Assembly: GCA_001244265.2 (NCBI GenBank)
Contig: CDLV01000005.1
Location: 2,604,001 to 2,668,000, forward strand
DNA length: 64,000 nucleotides
Reading direction: 5' to 3'
Source of the DNA: Microbotryum violaceum
Taxonomy: Eukaryota
The notes beneath the pieces are model-generated. The model ran no database searches. It was not told where the DNA came from and was given only the letters and a program-made list of their open reading frames with translations. Positions 47,514 to 61,145 of this stretch are shown here, one piece after another (the stretch's first letter is position 1; the number at the start of each line of letters is the position of its first letter). Both the position numbers and the translations under genes were made by a program.

Positions 47514-50500
47514 TCAAGCCTCGTCCGTGCCTTCCGCATCTTCCTCGGTACTTTCCTCAAACTGCATGACGAAGACCCTCTTGGCGAGTGGCGAACCAAC
47601 TGTAGATCGAACGGAATCAAATCAGTTTCATCCCCCACACAGCGAACACCGCCCGACAGACAAAGCACTAACCTTTCGGAGCGAATTGCATACTCTGTCT
47701 TCTCGCCCTCTCCAAACTAGCCGCAATTGTCGCCTTCAACCCTGGGTTTGTCGAAGCCGTCAACAGCGCACCAGGGGGAGCATTCAAAGCGCTCAGAGCC
47801 TTTGGTTCCATAGAACGTCGTTTCTTCTGGAACAGATCCTCTTTCCCAGCTTCGATGAGGAAGGTCTTCTCTTCAACGTGTTGGTGCAGTTCGGCGCAAC
47901 GGACGACCCAGGAGATACCGACGAGGTGGGGTTTAGGGTCAGCGTGGGTGCGGTAGCGTTGTAGTGTTCCCGGACGACCGGATTTGTAGACGATGTGCGT
48001 CAATGAAAGCGTCGGGCGTGTTGTTACCTGTGTGACAAATTTGTTACCAAACATCTCAGTTATTTTGAACCCCTTCGAAATACACGCCAAAGATGGTCGA
48101 CTAACCCTGGCTCCCATCGACTTGAGCATATCGGTAAAGATCATACCCGCATCGTCACCTTCAAGTGTTCGAACATCCACAAACGCGACAACGCCCCGCA
48201 ACACATTGTTTTTGGGTTTTGCGCACATCTCACCATCCCCTACAGCGGCAGCAGCGATCGTCGCCGTCGAAGTGGACGAAGCGATCGGACCTCCCGACAC
48301 GCGTCGACTCTGCTTGACCGTCGTCGTAGGACCTTCCATGACGCTCGGTGCGCTCGAAGTACTTTGCAGCCGACCACCGCGCGAAGAAGTATCGATGATG
48401 CCGTTCGCGCCTCGCATCGCTGTTGCATTGCCACGACGAACAGGTGGGGCACCCATCCCGATTCCACCAGCTTGCTGCTCCCTGACTGGCGGGGGACCAG
48501 GTTTCGTCCGTCTCAAACTGGTACTCAGCTCCTCAGCAGGCGGCGCGATCGGGACCGTGTATTCCTCCCGATAATGCGCCGTCAAAGCCTTGGTCCTCTC
48601 TCGTCTTGCCTGCAGATCCGCCAGGTTGCTAGGGGGTGCACGCGCACCACTTCCCATTGCACGAGTCGACGCTTCGTCGCTTGATACAGCGGGAGGTCGC
48701 GGCATGCTCAATCGTGAGAGCATGCTTTGCAAGTTGGCGAGTCGTTTCGATGTCTCTTCTGACATGGACCAATTTCCCGAACTGCTGAGCGAACTCGTAT
48801 CGTCTGCGGATGCGAGGGTGGAGGTTGAGCTGTTCGAGAGGTCGCCTTCTGCGGTGTCGACGTCGCATGGTTGAGTGAGTAAGCACGCCGGGTCGATGGT
48901 GGTGGGGATGTCGAGGGGCTCAAAAAGAGGTGAAGGAGGGGCAATGGGAGCGTTGAAGGTGATCGAAGGCTTGCTAGGCGAAGGTACAAAGCGAGGGATC
49001 CCGGACGATACGAGGAAGGATTGCCCGTGCGGTTGTGCCTGCGTCGTTAGGAGATTCTGCTTGCGCTGCTTGTACGATCGCGTATGGGCCGGCGACGGCA
49101 TGGGTGGCCTTGATGGACCGGCTCGGGGTGCAAGGGACAAGGAAGACGGAGACCTAGGGGGTGGCATCAAAGGAGCGTTCGATGCAATGGGTTCCAATAC
49201 TTGAGGATCGAGGGCCTCGGACATAGACAGCATGATTGAAGGAGTCGGCAAGACGCTGGGTGTCGCGGGCTGCGCTGGTCGGGACGGCGTCATCGTTGCC
49301 GCCAAAGCGGAGGTGTTTACTCCGATCGCAGTCGGAGGTAGCCTCGTCGAAAAAGGGGAAGAGGGGAAACGGATACCGGGACTGCGCACCATCGGCACGG
49401 ATGTCGCCGTGGATCTCGGCGTGGCGAGCATGGGCATAGATACCGATGTTGGCAAAGTCGGGCGAGATAGCACGGAAGGTGAAGGCATCGCCCGTGGCGT
49501 CGAAGCCGAAGTGACGGTGCTCTCGGACGAGCTTGACGCTTTCTTCGGTGGACTACGAAGCTGGCCCGGAGAAGGAGGTGGGGGAAGTTGCAAGACGCTA
49601 GGCAACGACTCGGCGCGCGTCGCTGATGTCGGGAACGATGGTCGCGGCTTCTTGCGAGGACTGAGCCAGTCGATCTCGTCGTCCGATTCGTCACTGGCGG
49701 CCGAGTGCTTCCGGTTCGACGACTCGGTTAGTGCTCGTGGTGTTTGCAAGGATGACGATGGCGGGACGGGTGCGGATGACGCTTTCACGGTGGTTTGTTG
49801 CACAGGCGGTGACAGTTCCAGAGGCAAGGCCGAGTTGTTGCCTTCGAAGCTCTCAAAGAGACGACGACGGGCCGGCGACTGAGCAAGCTCCTTGTTCGGC
49901 GACATGGTGCCAATCTTGAGCGGCGTTGTCCGGTTCACAGAAGGCGCAGGTGAGGGCTCTAACCGAGCCGGTAATCCAGCCGTAGCCTCGGTCTCTGATA
50001 GGTTCCAGCTACTCGGCAGCTGGGAAATGACCCGCTTCTCAGGGGACACAGGGTACAGCGACCGCGAGCTACTCGAAGAGGGTGGGCCAAAGTATTGGCG
50101 CGGCTGCGCATTCTCGTTCCCTGCGGCGGGGTGAGGTGATCGGTCGAACTGAGGGGCGATGAACGCGACCGAGTAAGGATCCGACGCCGAACCACTGTCG
50201 TAATGTGTCGCAAGCTTTTTGGGTGACCGTTGTGCTTGCACGGCGGGACCGACGCGGATGACGCCCATGCCCATCATTTGGCCGGCTTCGACTCGTCCAA
50301 CTTTTCGATGAGGTGTCGACAACGAGGCCAACGAGCGCGACGACGAAGACGACGAGATGGCGACGTTTTTGGACTCGCCCAAGACGGATTTTCTTCTCGA
50401 CGACAAGCTCGTGGCTCCGGCTTTGACGGTGGCTGCGGTTGCGGCGTTAGCGGTGCTATTGTTGGCCGCGCGCTGGCGAGACCAGCTGGAAAGGGTCGGC

Positions 50501-50712
50501 TTGCTCAGATCGGATGAACCGGAACTCGAGATGCTGGTCCGTGAATTCGAACTTCGAGACATGGTCGAGATGGATTTGGGTGTGGTGACGCGGAAGCCTG
50601 CCCTACGTGCGGCGCCTCGAGTCACGTGCAGCGGCTGTGCTTGGGCTTGTTCGGAGATGGTCGCCAGCGCAGGCGCTGAGGCGAGCGAGTGCGATGCAGC
50701 GGCGTGTGCCAT
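47514..50712 (-). CDS. Low-complexity protein with C-terminal BRCT domain (microcephalin-like BRCT)
   Basis: VLRGVVAFVDVRTLEGDDAG..MLKSMGARV..LTHIVYKSG..HLVGISWVVRC; C-terminal KRRSMEPK and RRQSMQFAPK|VGSPL. The start is uncertain (upstream intron at ~50925-51007). Confidence 0.8.
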
Positions 50713-51896
50713 CCTGACTTTTGTGGTGTTGATGGAGGTCAAAGAAGACTGTGATAGTACAGATGCATAGTGAGTACGCGCGAATGTGATCCTGCCTTTC
50801 AGACGCGGTGTGATGCGGGATGCGAATGTGGCCAGGTTGAACGGGTCGATGCGTGGCTCCGCGCGCGCCGTCGAGTTGGTGAGCTCAATCGAGCCTTCCG
50901 TGAACGCCGGCGGTGTAGTCGACTACCATGAGGTGCACATCCACCCAAACACTATGCATCCTTTTACAACTCCTACAACCCCCAATTCACACCATAAGAA
51001 AACTCACCTCTCTCCTAGTATAGCCTCAGACCGAGGTGTTGAGTGAGACCTCCACGCGCCCACACGCTTGCTCACAACAGCCAGCGGCGGTTCAGGCTCG
51101 GATCCGACGTGTTCAAGTCGACCCCGGCGTAGACACCGATCGATCAGTTGTTGCAGACCAACACTGTCGAGTACGAGCGTGTCCTTTGCAGGCCGGATCG
51201 ACCTTGCTCCGAGAGACGAACCGAGACACAACGTGACGATGGCGATGAAAGTGGTGGAACGAATCAAGCCAACGAGTTCAAGCGCGCGCACGCACTACCA
51301 ACTCCCTTGCTTGCTGCCAAAAAAACCGCCGCCCCTTTCAGACGAGCCAAAAACGAGAGGCCCGTGACCGCCTCCTCTTTCTCCTACAATCAACAACTTC
51401 ACCCATCTTTCATATTTTAACTGTAGTCAGGGATCTTTATAAAAATCCTGAATAGCACAATAGATAATGACTCTTTGCTACAATCTCGACGTCGGATCCA
51501 CGTCGCTCGATCACGTGATTTTCACGTGACTTTTGGTCATGTACGTTGCAGCTGCCCGTGCCAGTGCGAGTGCGAGCCTCTCACGTAACCACACCCTCGA
51601 ACCGAGGGAACATGCCGACACAAGGAGAGAAGCCAAGGCCCGGCAATCCTCTACCGCGCACCTCGGACACATTCAAGACAGGGGCCCGGCGTCTCACTAG
51701 TACTGCGAACCGGCTTTGGGTCGTGGAAGCTCGTGATGTGATATTGGGAAAAGAAGCTCTAAGGGACTACTGCAGAAATTATATGATATTAAAAAGTGCG
51801 ATTTTGAATCGATAGTCAGACAACAAGGTGGCAAGAGGAGTAGCCTTGAAAACTTGAAAGAGTGGCAAAGTCGAATCTGCTAGGAGCAGCAGAAGC

Positions 51897-53762
51897 TTAC
51901 TGAATCCACTTGGACCTCGCACGAAGCCTAGGTCCAAATTTCATCAACATGAACAACAAAGGGACCATGAGCAAGTTGACGCCTGCCAAAAGGGACGATC
52001 CACCTCCCAAACCGAGGACCTTGAAGAAGCGCGTACCAAAGAGCGGGAACACGCTGGCGAAACTCGAACGGAAAAGATCGTTGCCCGCGAGGATCGAGGC
52101 CGCCAAGGCGGGAGGGTACGAGCTCGAGACGTACATGAGGATGCATTGAAAGATGAGAAAAATTCCGGGGAGGTACAACCCAGCCCCGATTGTCGGTACG
52201 ATCCAGTGCGTTTGGTTCTGGCCGGACCATCCGAAGATGAGGAGCGAGACGGGGATGAAGAGGCCCGCAACGAGGCCGAGTTCAAGGCGTGCTTCGGGTT
52301 GGAAGTCGGGTTTTTCCATACGCGGGTTGAGGTGGTAGAGCAAGTAGAAAATATAGAACGAGAAGGTCGTGAGACCCGAGACGATGAAGGCGAGGTAAGG
52401 TAGACCCGAGATGCCAAGCGAGAAGTGGTACGTCTCGACGTAGAGGATCGGGAAGGCTTCGAACCAGAGGTAGAAGCAGGCGTAGAGCAAGGCGATGTAC
52501 GAGTTGGCGAAGAATACTGCGGGCTCGGCAGCGAGTTGGAATGCGCGCTTGAAGTTGGTCCAAAGCAGTTCGAGGAACGACTCGCCCTCGACGGCATCAA
52601 TCTCGGCTTGAGTGCGGAAGCGGTTGTCACCCGTGAGTTGGCGGATGCGCTCGGCGCGGCGGATGAGGACCGTCGGTTCGAACGTCTCGGGAAGAAATAA
52701 TGACAAGACGAGGAAGGCGAATCCAGAGATCCACATCAACTCCCAGTTGGGCCACTGCCATCCATTGGCTTGCGCAGCGAAAGAACCGATGACGGGACCA
52801 AGAACAGGGCCGGAGACAGCGCCGATGCTCCAGACGGCGATGGCTATCGGAGCGTGGCGAGGTTCGAAAATATCGATCATGCTGGCACCCCCTGTTGCCA
52901 AGGCGGGAGACCCCACGAAGCCAGAGAAGAAGCGGAAGACGAGGATCGTAGCGATGTTGGGGGCAAAGACGATGGGGAACTGGAAGATGAAGAAGAGGAG
53001 GAGGCCGATGATATAAACCGGGGTTCGCCCTTGTCGCGGCATCTCTTGGAGCGGGGCGAGGATCATGGGGCCAATGCCGTAAGCGAGCACTGAAATCGGG
53101 AAAAAGCTAACGTGTTAGCTCCGAGAACACACTGCGCTGAGGGTGGCTCCGCCAAAAACGTGCTTACCGAACAAGGACAGACCGAGCGTCGCCACGACTT
53201 GGGAGACTCCAAAGCTCTGCATCAGACCAGGAATGGAGGGCGTGTAGATTGCGGAACCGATGTAAATGCTGAAAGTTAAGTATGAGATCAATGTAGCGAC
53301 AAAGATCCTCTTTCTCCTGGACCAATTCAACGGGCGATCAGGATCATTCTCCTCGAACTCGACGAGGAAGGGATCCTTGGCCACAGGTGCAGAGTCATGC
53401 AGGTCGGCTTTCTCGAGGTCCTTGAGAGCCGCTGTAGGTTCATGTGGGGCGGTTCCACGGTGCAAGTCGGATTTCTCGAGGTCCAAGAACGTGTGCGCGG
53501 CTTGGGCATTGCCGCTGGCAGAAATTTTGTCCCCTTCCGCGCCTTCCTTCAATGAGGGAGCGGCGGTCGCAGTCCTACTTGTGGTGACCGAAGCTGCGGC
53601 AGTAGAGGTAAAATCTTTTATGGCCGAGCCATCCAAAGCGGCGCGGTAGCGAGCGGGGAGAACGTAGTCGGGTCGCTGTTCCGCGTAAGGCAAGACACGC
53701 CCGTGGGTGAAGCGGTTGATCAATTGACCGACGGTCGAGTCGCGGATGATGTCAGGCGTCAT
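51897..53762 (-). CDS. MFS drug:H+ antiporter, DHA1 family (Flr1/Tpo1/Caf5-like)
   Basis: DIIRDSTVGQLIN; DPDRPLNWS; YIGSAIYTPSIPG; GRTPVY; RFFSGFVGSPALATGGAS; FLPET; PEARL; ASILAGNDLFRS; one intron. Confidence 0.93.
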
Positions 53763-55014
53763 TATTTGGCGAATGTGACAGTTTAAATTCAAGGACGACG
53801 GCGGATAGGAGCGTGAGGCTTTCCGGGGTCCGACGGGTGGCGTAGGCCTACCGACCGGAGAGGAGTGTGGAGGAGTTCGCGAAGCGCAGTGATTCACGCG
53901 TCAGCACTCGGCGAGGACGAAGGCAAGCGAACGTGTCGAAGTCTCTGACAAAGGCAGGATACAAGTGTTTGTTGAGGAGGAAGGAAGAAACAAACTCACC
54001 TGGATGAAAGTGGAACGCACTCAAGTGACAAGTGGAGGGCGCCGGGCTGCAGTGTTTGACTTGGGCAGCGATGCCTGCGAACCAGATAAGTGGAGGTTGA
54101 GGCGTGACAACCGATCGACGAGCTTGTAAATTGAGAGGCGGACGGCGAGAGCTGTTCAAGGCGGCAGACGAGTTGCAGAGATCGATGCAGTCGATGCCAA
54201 AGCAAGTGATGGAATGACGAGAAAGGGAGACAAATCCAAGTCGTCTTGCAGGACGACGGTTTCGATCTGCACTGGGGGTTTGGTCCTCGACGTGCGGGTG
54301 AGTCAGGCTTTTGTGAGCATACGTAATCAACCGATTTTGCTCGATTCGTCATCAGGGCAATCTAGCGCAAGCACACCGCGGGCGCCGCACTGGGCCGGGG
54401 CCTCCACCCGCCAGCGCGCCAAGCGGCTTACGAGCGACTCGGAGATGGCGAGGAAGTGTGGAGGTCTTTTCCTGCTTAGGTCGCCAAGTCTTGCATCTCC
54501 GAGATGTGTTCTATTGGGCTCTATCAAATGTAGGCAGTTAGATAGGTGCCCACGAAATTTTAGGAATAGCGTGCTTGGAGCAAGTCCGTACGCGTCTCAT
54601 CTCCGAGGTCTGAAAAAGCTCATCCCAGGTTGACTTCGCATTTGTCAGCTCTCCGAGCATGTCTTTCTGGCGAATTCTCCTTGGTGACTTGAGGTCTCAG
54701 TCCGTAATTGCTACCGGGGAGGTTCGTTCTTATCAGATAAGCGTATTTAAGCGCCGAGTCATCAAGTCGCACACTCACCTACACCCTCTATGAACTGGGC
54801 CGATCTTGGAGACGTGATTCCGACCAGGGCGTGGGTTTTTGGCTCCCTCGGCTGAGTCTGGAGCTGGGCCAAACATCGTGCACTCCAAGCCTGCACCAAC
54901 TTATTGTAATTTAAGGCATTTCACTTCCTGGACTCAGTACTCGACGCACATTCGCGTTTTTTGAGAGCTTAAGTGACAAAATATGCGGCAATCGAAACTT
55001 GCAGCGCGACGGTA

Positions 55015-57541
55015 CTACAAAATCGTCCTCGCCCCTTTCTTACCCGACTTGCTCTGCTTCTTGACCGCCTCGCGATGCCTCTTGCGCGCATGCCCGCGCA
55101 ACTTGTCCCTCAACTCTTGATGGAGCTTCTCAAACTCCTCACTGTGTCACGAAAAGGACCGATGACTTAGTTTCTCGTCCCCACAATAACGAGACAAGGC
55201 CATGGGGGAGACTTACGGCGATTCATAAGCCCAAAACTTGTTCACCCCCTCCGCCAAATTTCGCTCACTCTCCCTCTTCAACTCCTCGGCTTTTTCCATC
55301 GTCATACCCATCTTCTTGACCTCCTCCTCATTGATCTCACCCGTCCCGCGAACTTCGAAAGCCCGGCTGGGGAAGGAGAAGAAAGGGGTCGTAGGGGCAG
55401 TTCCTACCCATGCGCGGCTGGATCGACCCAAGGTCGGAGGGGCGACGAAGGTGTTGCGGTGTTGGTGAGAGGCCGAAGACATTGAGGGTCCGGCGTTGAA
55501 GTGTGACTGGGGCGGTGGGGATGGTGTGCGTTCCAATTCTTCAAGCTCGAGATCGAGGCCGTCGAGCATGGAGAAGGAGGCTGTGTGATTCCGCCAACGG
55601 TGATCAGTACCCGCGGGATTAGGATCATTTAGGTGAAATTCAGCGTACCTTCACCTGCTTTGGGCTTGAACATATTCTTGAGCATCCCACGCTTCACGGT
55701 GCTCGTTTCCTCTACCGCCGACTTAGTTGACGACGAAGCCACAGGAGGAACAGCCGCATCTTCTTCTTCCTCGTCACTGCTTTCATCCTCGTCCTCATCA
55801 TCGCTCGTATCGTCGTCGCTCGAGTCTTCCCCTTCATCCGACGAAGTCTTTGCTCCGCCTCTTAAACGCAGCACCTCACCCCAATCATTATCATCATCAT
55901 CATTCGCGAACCCCTCGACCTTCGGCAGCTTCCTCCCTTCCGTCCCCTGGACCTCCGCCTTCTCCCTATCCTCGTCCTCCCTATCCATCTCCGCCTCGAC
56001 CTCGACTAACCTCATCAAGACTTTCAACTGAGCCTCCTTCTCCATCCTCCTTGCCTCCTTTAACTCGGCCTCCTCTCTCGTAGTCGACAGCAGCGCGAAG
56101 GCATCTTCCTCGTTGTAGAGCAAGGATCGAGGTGCGACGGGGACGTAAGGTGGCGGAGAGAGTGATTTGAGCCTCTTCGTCGGCCTTTCGGGCGATCCGG
56201 CGAGGTTATCCTCATCGTTTGGCTCTGCGTTCGAGTCATCATCCTCTTGAACCTCCTTGTCCTCCTCATGAACAGCCTCAATCTTCGCCCCACCTTCAGG
56301 CCTATTCAACCCCTCCAAAAGCGCCGTGAACCGATCGGTCCTCTCCCCAAACCTCGCCGCGCCCAAACTAATCACTTCCCTCCTCCTCACCGTCCCATCA
56401 GGCGCCTTATAAACCCACGCCACCTCCTCTCCCATTCCGCTCCCTTCCATCTCCTCACACTCCCAATACCCCCTCATGATTTCCGTCCCGACTCCAACCC
56501 CAAACCCTTGCCCTTCTTCCTGATCGCGATCGAAGACGACCCTTCGTCTCCCCCATTTCCGAGGATCGATCCTCATCCTCTTCGATCTCAACACGGGCCT
56601 TTCGAGCGCAGCTTTGATGCGTGATTCACGGGCTTGGCGCGCTTTGGGCGTTTCGCGCGTCCAGGAGGTCGGCGCGGGTTTGGCGGGGGGAAAAATCGGG
56701 TGCGAGGGACGGACGATGAGGGGAAAGAGGGCGATGGGCGCGGAGGGAATGGTCGTGTCGAGGGTCCAGCCCTGGTATAGACAACAGGTGGTTGAAGTCA
56801 GCATCGCCGTTAGATTTAAGTTTTTACGAACTGAGCCGTTGCCTACCCTATGTTGATCAATATTCTCAGGGCTGACCAATTCAAAGTGGGACGCTTCAAA
56901 TCCGACGTTGGGGTCCGGATTGCGACGCTTCTTCTTCTTCTTCTTGAGGTAAGGGTCCGGGATTAGGCCTGCTGCAACGTCGGCTGCGATGGCTCGTTCG
57001 GATTCAAGTCTGAGTAGAGGGAAAAAGAGGAGAGTGTGAGTAAAACTGAAGGCTGAGTTGAGATGGTCGAGAGTGGTCGAGTTACCTCTTCGTGTAGTCG
57101 GCTTTGGCGGGTGCGATGCGCAGCTTGTGGCCTTTCCATAGTGAGCCCGAAAGCAACGAGATGCCTGCGGAGGAGATGATGAGAGCTCAGGTCAAGACTA
57201 AACTCGCATGACAAGCTGTGGGTGCGTACACTTGTTGAGCTGATGAGTCGTCGTGTGCAAGTTGACGAAAGCGTAGCCCTTGCGATCACCTGTCCGACAC
57301 CCAAACCCATCATCTCAAAAACTCATCGAAACTAATCTTCACACTCCAGCCTACCATTGGCATCGACCTTCAACCCATCTACGCCCTCGACGCCCCCCTC
57401 GACCTGCCCAAACGTAGCGAATCGATCGACAATGTCCTTGGCCTGCACGGACGGCGCCAAGCCACTGATGTGGAGTCGGGTCATGATGAATTCCGTAGAG
57501 GGAGGTATTTTGTTCTTGCCCTTGTATGTTGAGGTCGTCAT
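55015..57541 (-). CDS. N-terminal RRM nucleolar protein (NOL8/Nop8-like)
   Basis: TRLHISGLAPSVQAKDIVDRFATFGQV; RKGYAFVNL; CISLLSGSLWKGHKLRIAPAKADY; acidic tract; LKNMFKPK; C-terminal HARKRHREAVKK. Confidence 0.8.
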
Positions 57542-58768
57542 GGTCGTATCGTGGGTGTTGGGAAGAGCGGAGCGACGTGGAGTCGGGCGGTGTTCACGCG
57601 CGTAATCATCTGCTTGCGAAAGCGATCGCATGCGAAAGCCCGACGCGCACGGTCCTCTCGGATCAACCGTCCCACAGCAATCCCAAAGCCCGCTAGCACG
57701 ATAGCAGCGTCCTCGCACGTTCTAATCGACAGTGCTTTTATATAATGCTGTTGGAGTCGAGATAGACGTGAGGGGGTTTGCACTGGCCAGGACAGCATCA
57801 GCCAAGTGCCTGCCACGGTCCGATTTACTAGTAGGGCCTGCCAAGCAACAAGTTGAAGCAACGTCCTCTCCTAGAAACCGGTAGAACGCAATCGTAGGAG
57901 GTCAGGTTGGGAGAGCTAAATCTGATTTTCAACAAATCAACGCCTTACTCCGGCTCGCGGAGCAGACTCGCTTGGCGGCGAGTAGGTCACGTGATGCCGG
58001 TATATATTTGGTGCTCGCCGCCGGCCGGCCAGCTGCAGTGCAGTGGTCAACATAATCAGTGCCAAGTGCCAAGCGGTGGACGGTTTGAGCATGACATCTC
58101 TCAGTAAATTGGCACGCAACACAAAGTACCTTGCAATCGCTAATGGTCTCCGATCCAGTCCTCCGAGTCGGCGGTGATAAGCGCGGGCCAATCGAGGCGC
58201 CTCGATTCCAAGTCTCCGCCACGGGCGTATCCGCTTCGGCTCGCGGACTAGTCGCTCAGTGTCCTCTTTCAACTGCTTATCATCGCGTTCCAAGATCGTC
58301 CTCGACCCCATCTTCGCCAGAAAATAATCATCGTTCCCTATTTGGATCCAACTACGTCCTCATCTTTACGGCTGCAGCTCTCCGCCCCCTCTACGCAGTG
58401 CTGAGCAGCTCTGGGACGACTCGGCCCGAACTCGACTTCGCAGATAACGCCATCGCTCGTCGCGACCGAGACGGACCTCAGCCACATGAGTCAGCCTCCA
58501 GTCTGGCATCCACGCAGTAACTCCGAGTGCCTTGCTCCATCTCAGTGTACGTCCTTCCGGATTATACTTTACGGGATACCAGGAAGGAAAGGACACCCAA
58601 CCAAGCGACCTACTGTAGCCGATCCACCGCCATTGAGGCTCGTCGTTGGCTTCTAGTCGCGAGTCCGATTCGGAAAGCTCGCGCGAACATGGCAATGCAC
58701 TCCAGATCAAGCGAGACTGACCTCAACGCTCGAATATTCACAGAAACAACCTATAACTACAATCCAAT

Positions 58769-60974
58769 ATGGTCGCATACCCGGACCCTCAACCGGGAGC
58801 TTCTCTCCTCCTGGCCCTGTCAGCCCCTATCGCCTCCAGCTCCAGCTCCAGCTCCAGCACCACCCCCACGCCTTCGCACGACACGCTCCTCCTCCTCTCA
58901 CCTTCGCGCATCTCGGCCCTGAGAGCCTTCGCGGCTTTGGAAGCAGGCTACCGTATCGTTGTCGGTGCTTCGGCCACTCATCAATGGGATGCCGAACTCG
59001 CCTGGCGCAAGGACCAAGGACAGATTGAGACGATCGAATGGAGCATACCATTTGATGCTGATGAATCTGCCTGGACTCATTGGTTCGATCAAGTATTACC
59101 GACGTCCATCTCTTCCCGATGCCTCCTCGTCGTCCTCGGCGACACAATGACCACCATTTCGGCAACTCAATCTTCATCGTCTCGACGACGAAGTTTCTCC
59201 TCGGCCCGAGCGTTCAAACGAATCGCGAACGAACGACGTTACCTCGTCAACATCGCCGATGCACCTACCCTTTCCGACTTTACCTGGCCGACGACGCATC
59301 GATTCCCTCTCGATAGTGCCGCGCCATCGTCGGACAAGTCGCCTCTACAACTCGCTTTGACGACTAATTCTTCGGCCTGTCGCTTGGCGACGAGGTTGAG
59401 AAGAGAGGTCGTCGCGACCTTACCAAGCAATGTTGGAGCGGGCGTTCAAGCCATCTCCAAGTTGAGGGTGTCTTTGGCCAGTTCGATGGGAGGGAGTGAG
59501 GTCGCTTGGGAGAAAGGGGATAGCGAGGAAGTCGAACTCGCGGGTGTGAGGTTCAATCGACCTGTCGCTCAACTCACGAGGGAGGAGAGTAAAGAATTGG
59601 ATCGGCTTTCGTTGGTCGATTCGACGCAGGGAGTTGAGGCGGCGGCGTTGGAACCGCAATTGAGATCCATCAGTCAGTGCAGAGGACGAACGAGAGGGGA
59701 GACCAAGGGCGAAGAAGAGAGCACAACGAGCAGGAGGTACGTCCAGTGTGTGTTCAGTCGAGTTCATGGGTTCAGTTGGCTTACTAGACTTCGTAATCTG
59801 CAGCAACTCTTCCGTATCAACAGTCTCGACAGCCGCTACATCGACCATCTTATCTACACAAGCATGGACCGCTGCAGAGGCCCAGAGGACACGAATGCGC
59901 TATGTCGCTCAAGTGAGCGAATATTGGCCACTCGATCGTCTTGCTACAGTCACGCTCTCGTCCCTGTCATCGCCCTCGACACCTCTCGCATCGACCCCAC
60001 CTGAACCCGAGACGTTACTAGCAAACCCTTCTCACCACTCGCTATTGCTCGAACCCCCGACGCGAGGCAAAGGCCGCATCATCCTCCTCGGCACGGGCCC
60101 CGGTTCCCCTCTACTCCTCACTCGTCTCGCGCACCTTCTTCTCACTTCCCCACCTGGTTCGCAATACCATGTCGACGTCTTCCTCTCCGACAAGCTCGTT
60201 CCCTCCGAAATACTAGCCCTGATCCCTTCCCCGGCACGGGAAGGCGTGATCATCGCTCGTAAATACCCCGGGAACGCCGAGCATGCCCAAGATGAACTCA
60301 TGCGTCTCGCAGTCGAAGGTGCCAAAGCAGGCAAGACTGTCCTCCGCCTCAAGCAAGGTGATCCCTTTTTGTATGGTCGAGGAGGGGAAGAAGTCTTACA
60401 TTTCCGTCATGCGGGGTTCGAACCCGTTGTTGTGCCGGGCCTTTCGTCATGTTTGGCCGGACCGACGATCAACGGAATCCCTGTGACGCAACGAGGCGTC
60501 GCAGAGACGATGGTAGTTTCCACGGGTGTTGGGAGGGGCGGAAAAGAACTCGGTGTCGAGCCTTATGAAAGGGCCAAGACGCTCGTCGTACTCATGGGAG
60601 TTGCACGATTGGACTCGCTCGTCGAAGCTCTACTCACCCATAAGGAAGCCGCCTATCCACCTTACCTCCCTATCGCGTTGATTGAACGAGCAAGTTCACC
60701 GGATCAACGCGTCGTTTGTGCGACGATCGAGAGTCTTTCGGACGTGTTGAAGAGGTTGAGTCCGCATCGACCGCCGGGGATGTTGGTCATTGGGTGGGGG
60801 GTGATGTGCCTTGAAGGGACGGAGGGGAAGGGAGACATGACGGTGTTGGATGCTTTGGCTGATGAGGCGACGGACCGCAAAAGAGTTGAGGGGTGGTTGG
60901 GCGATAATGGGTATAGGGTTAGGGAGGGACTGGGAGAGGGCTGGAGGGCTTTGACGGAGGGGAAAGTGCTTTGA
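58769..60974 (+). CDS. MET1: Uroporphyrinogen-III C-methyltransferase / siroheme synthase (CysG-like)
   Basis: YPDPQPGASLLLA; LVNIADAPTLSDF; RMRYVAQVSEYWPL; ILLGTGPGSPLLLT; LSDKLVP; VLRLKQGDPFLYGRGGEE; IPVTQRGVA; LVVLMGV; IERASSPDQR. Confidence 0.92.
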
Positions 60975-61075
60975 TCCGTATTGCCTGCCTTAGTTACCTA
61001 CGAGGATGCGTGCAAAAGGATTGTTGTATCTTTCAAAACCAATGCCTTGAGTCATTCCCTTCTCTTCAAAGTGAC

Positions 61076-61145
61076 TAAAGTTTAAAGCCATAAATTCCAG
61101 CTAGTCTTATTCGAACACAGAATCTAACAAACGCTAGATCCGCTG
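61076..61145 (-). repeat. Inverted copy of the 69-bp repeat at 20545-20613
   Basis: Reverse complement matches with 2 mismatches; lies ~100 bp after the MET1 stop. Confidence 0.85.

Noticed and set aside
20545..61145. A single giant cargo transposon (Starship-like)
   Set aside because: No TSD, no transposase or tyrosine-recombinase captain recognised, and the interior has core genes. Kept only as an inverted-repeat observation.
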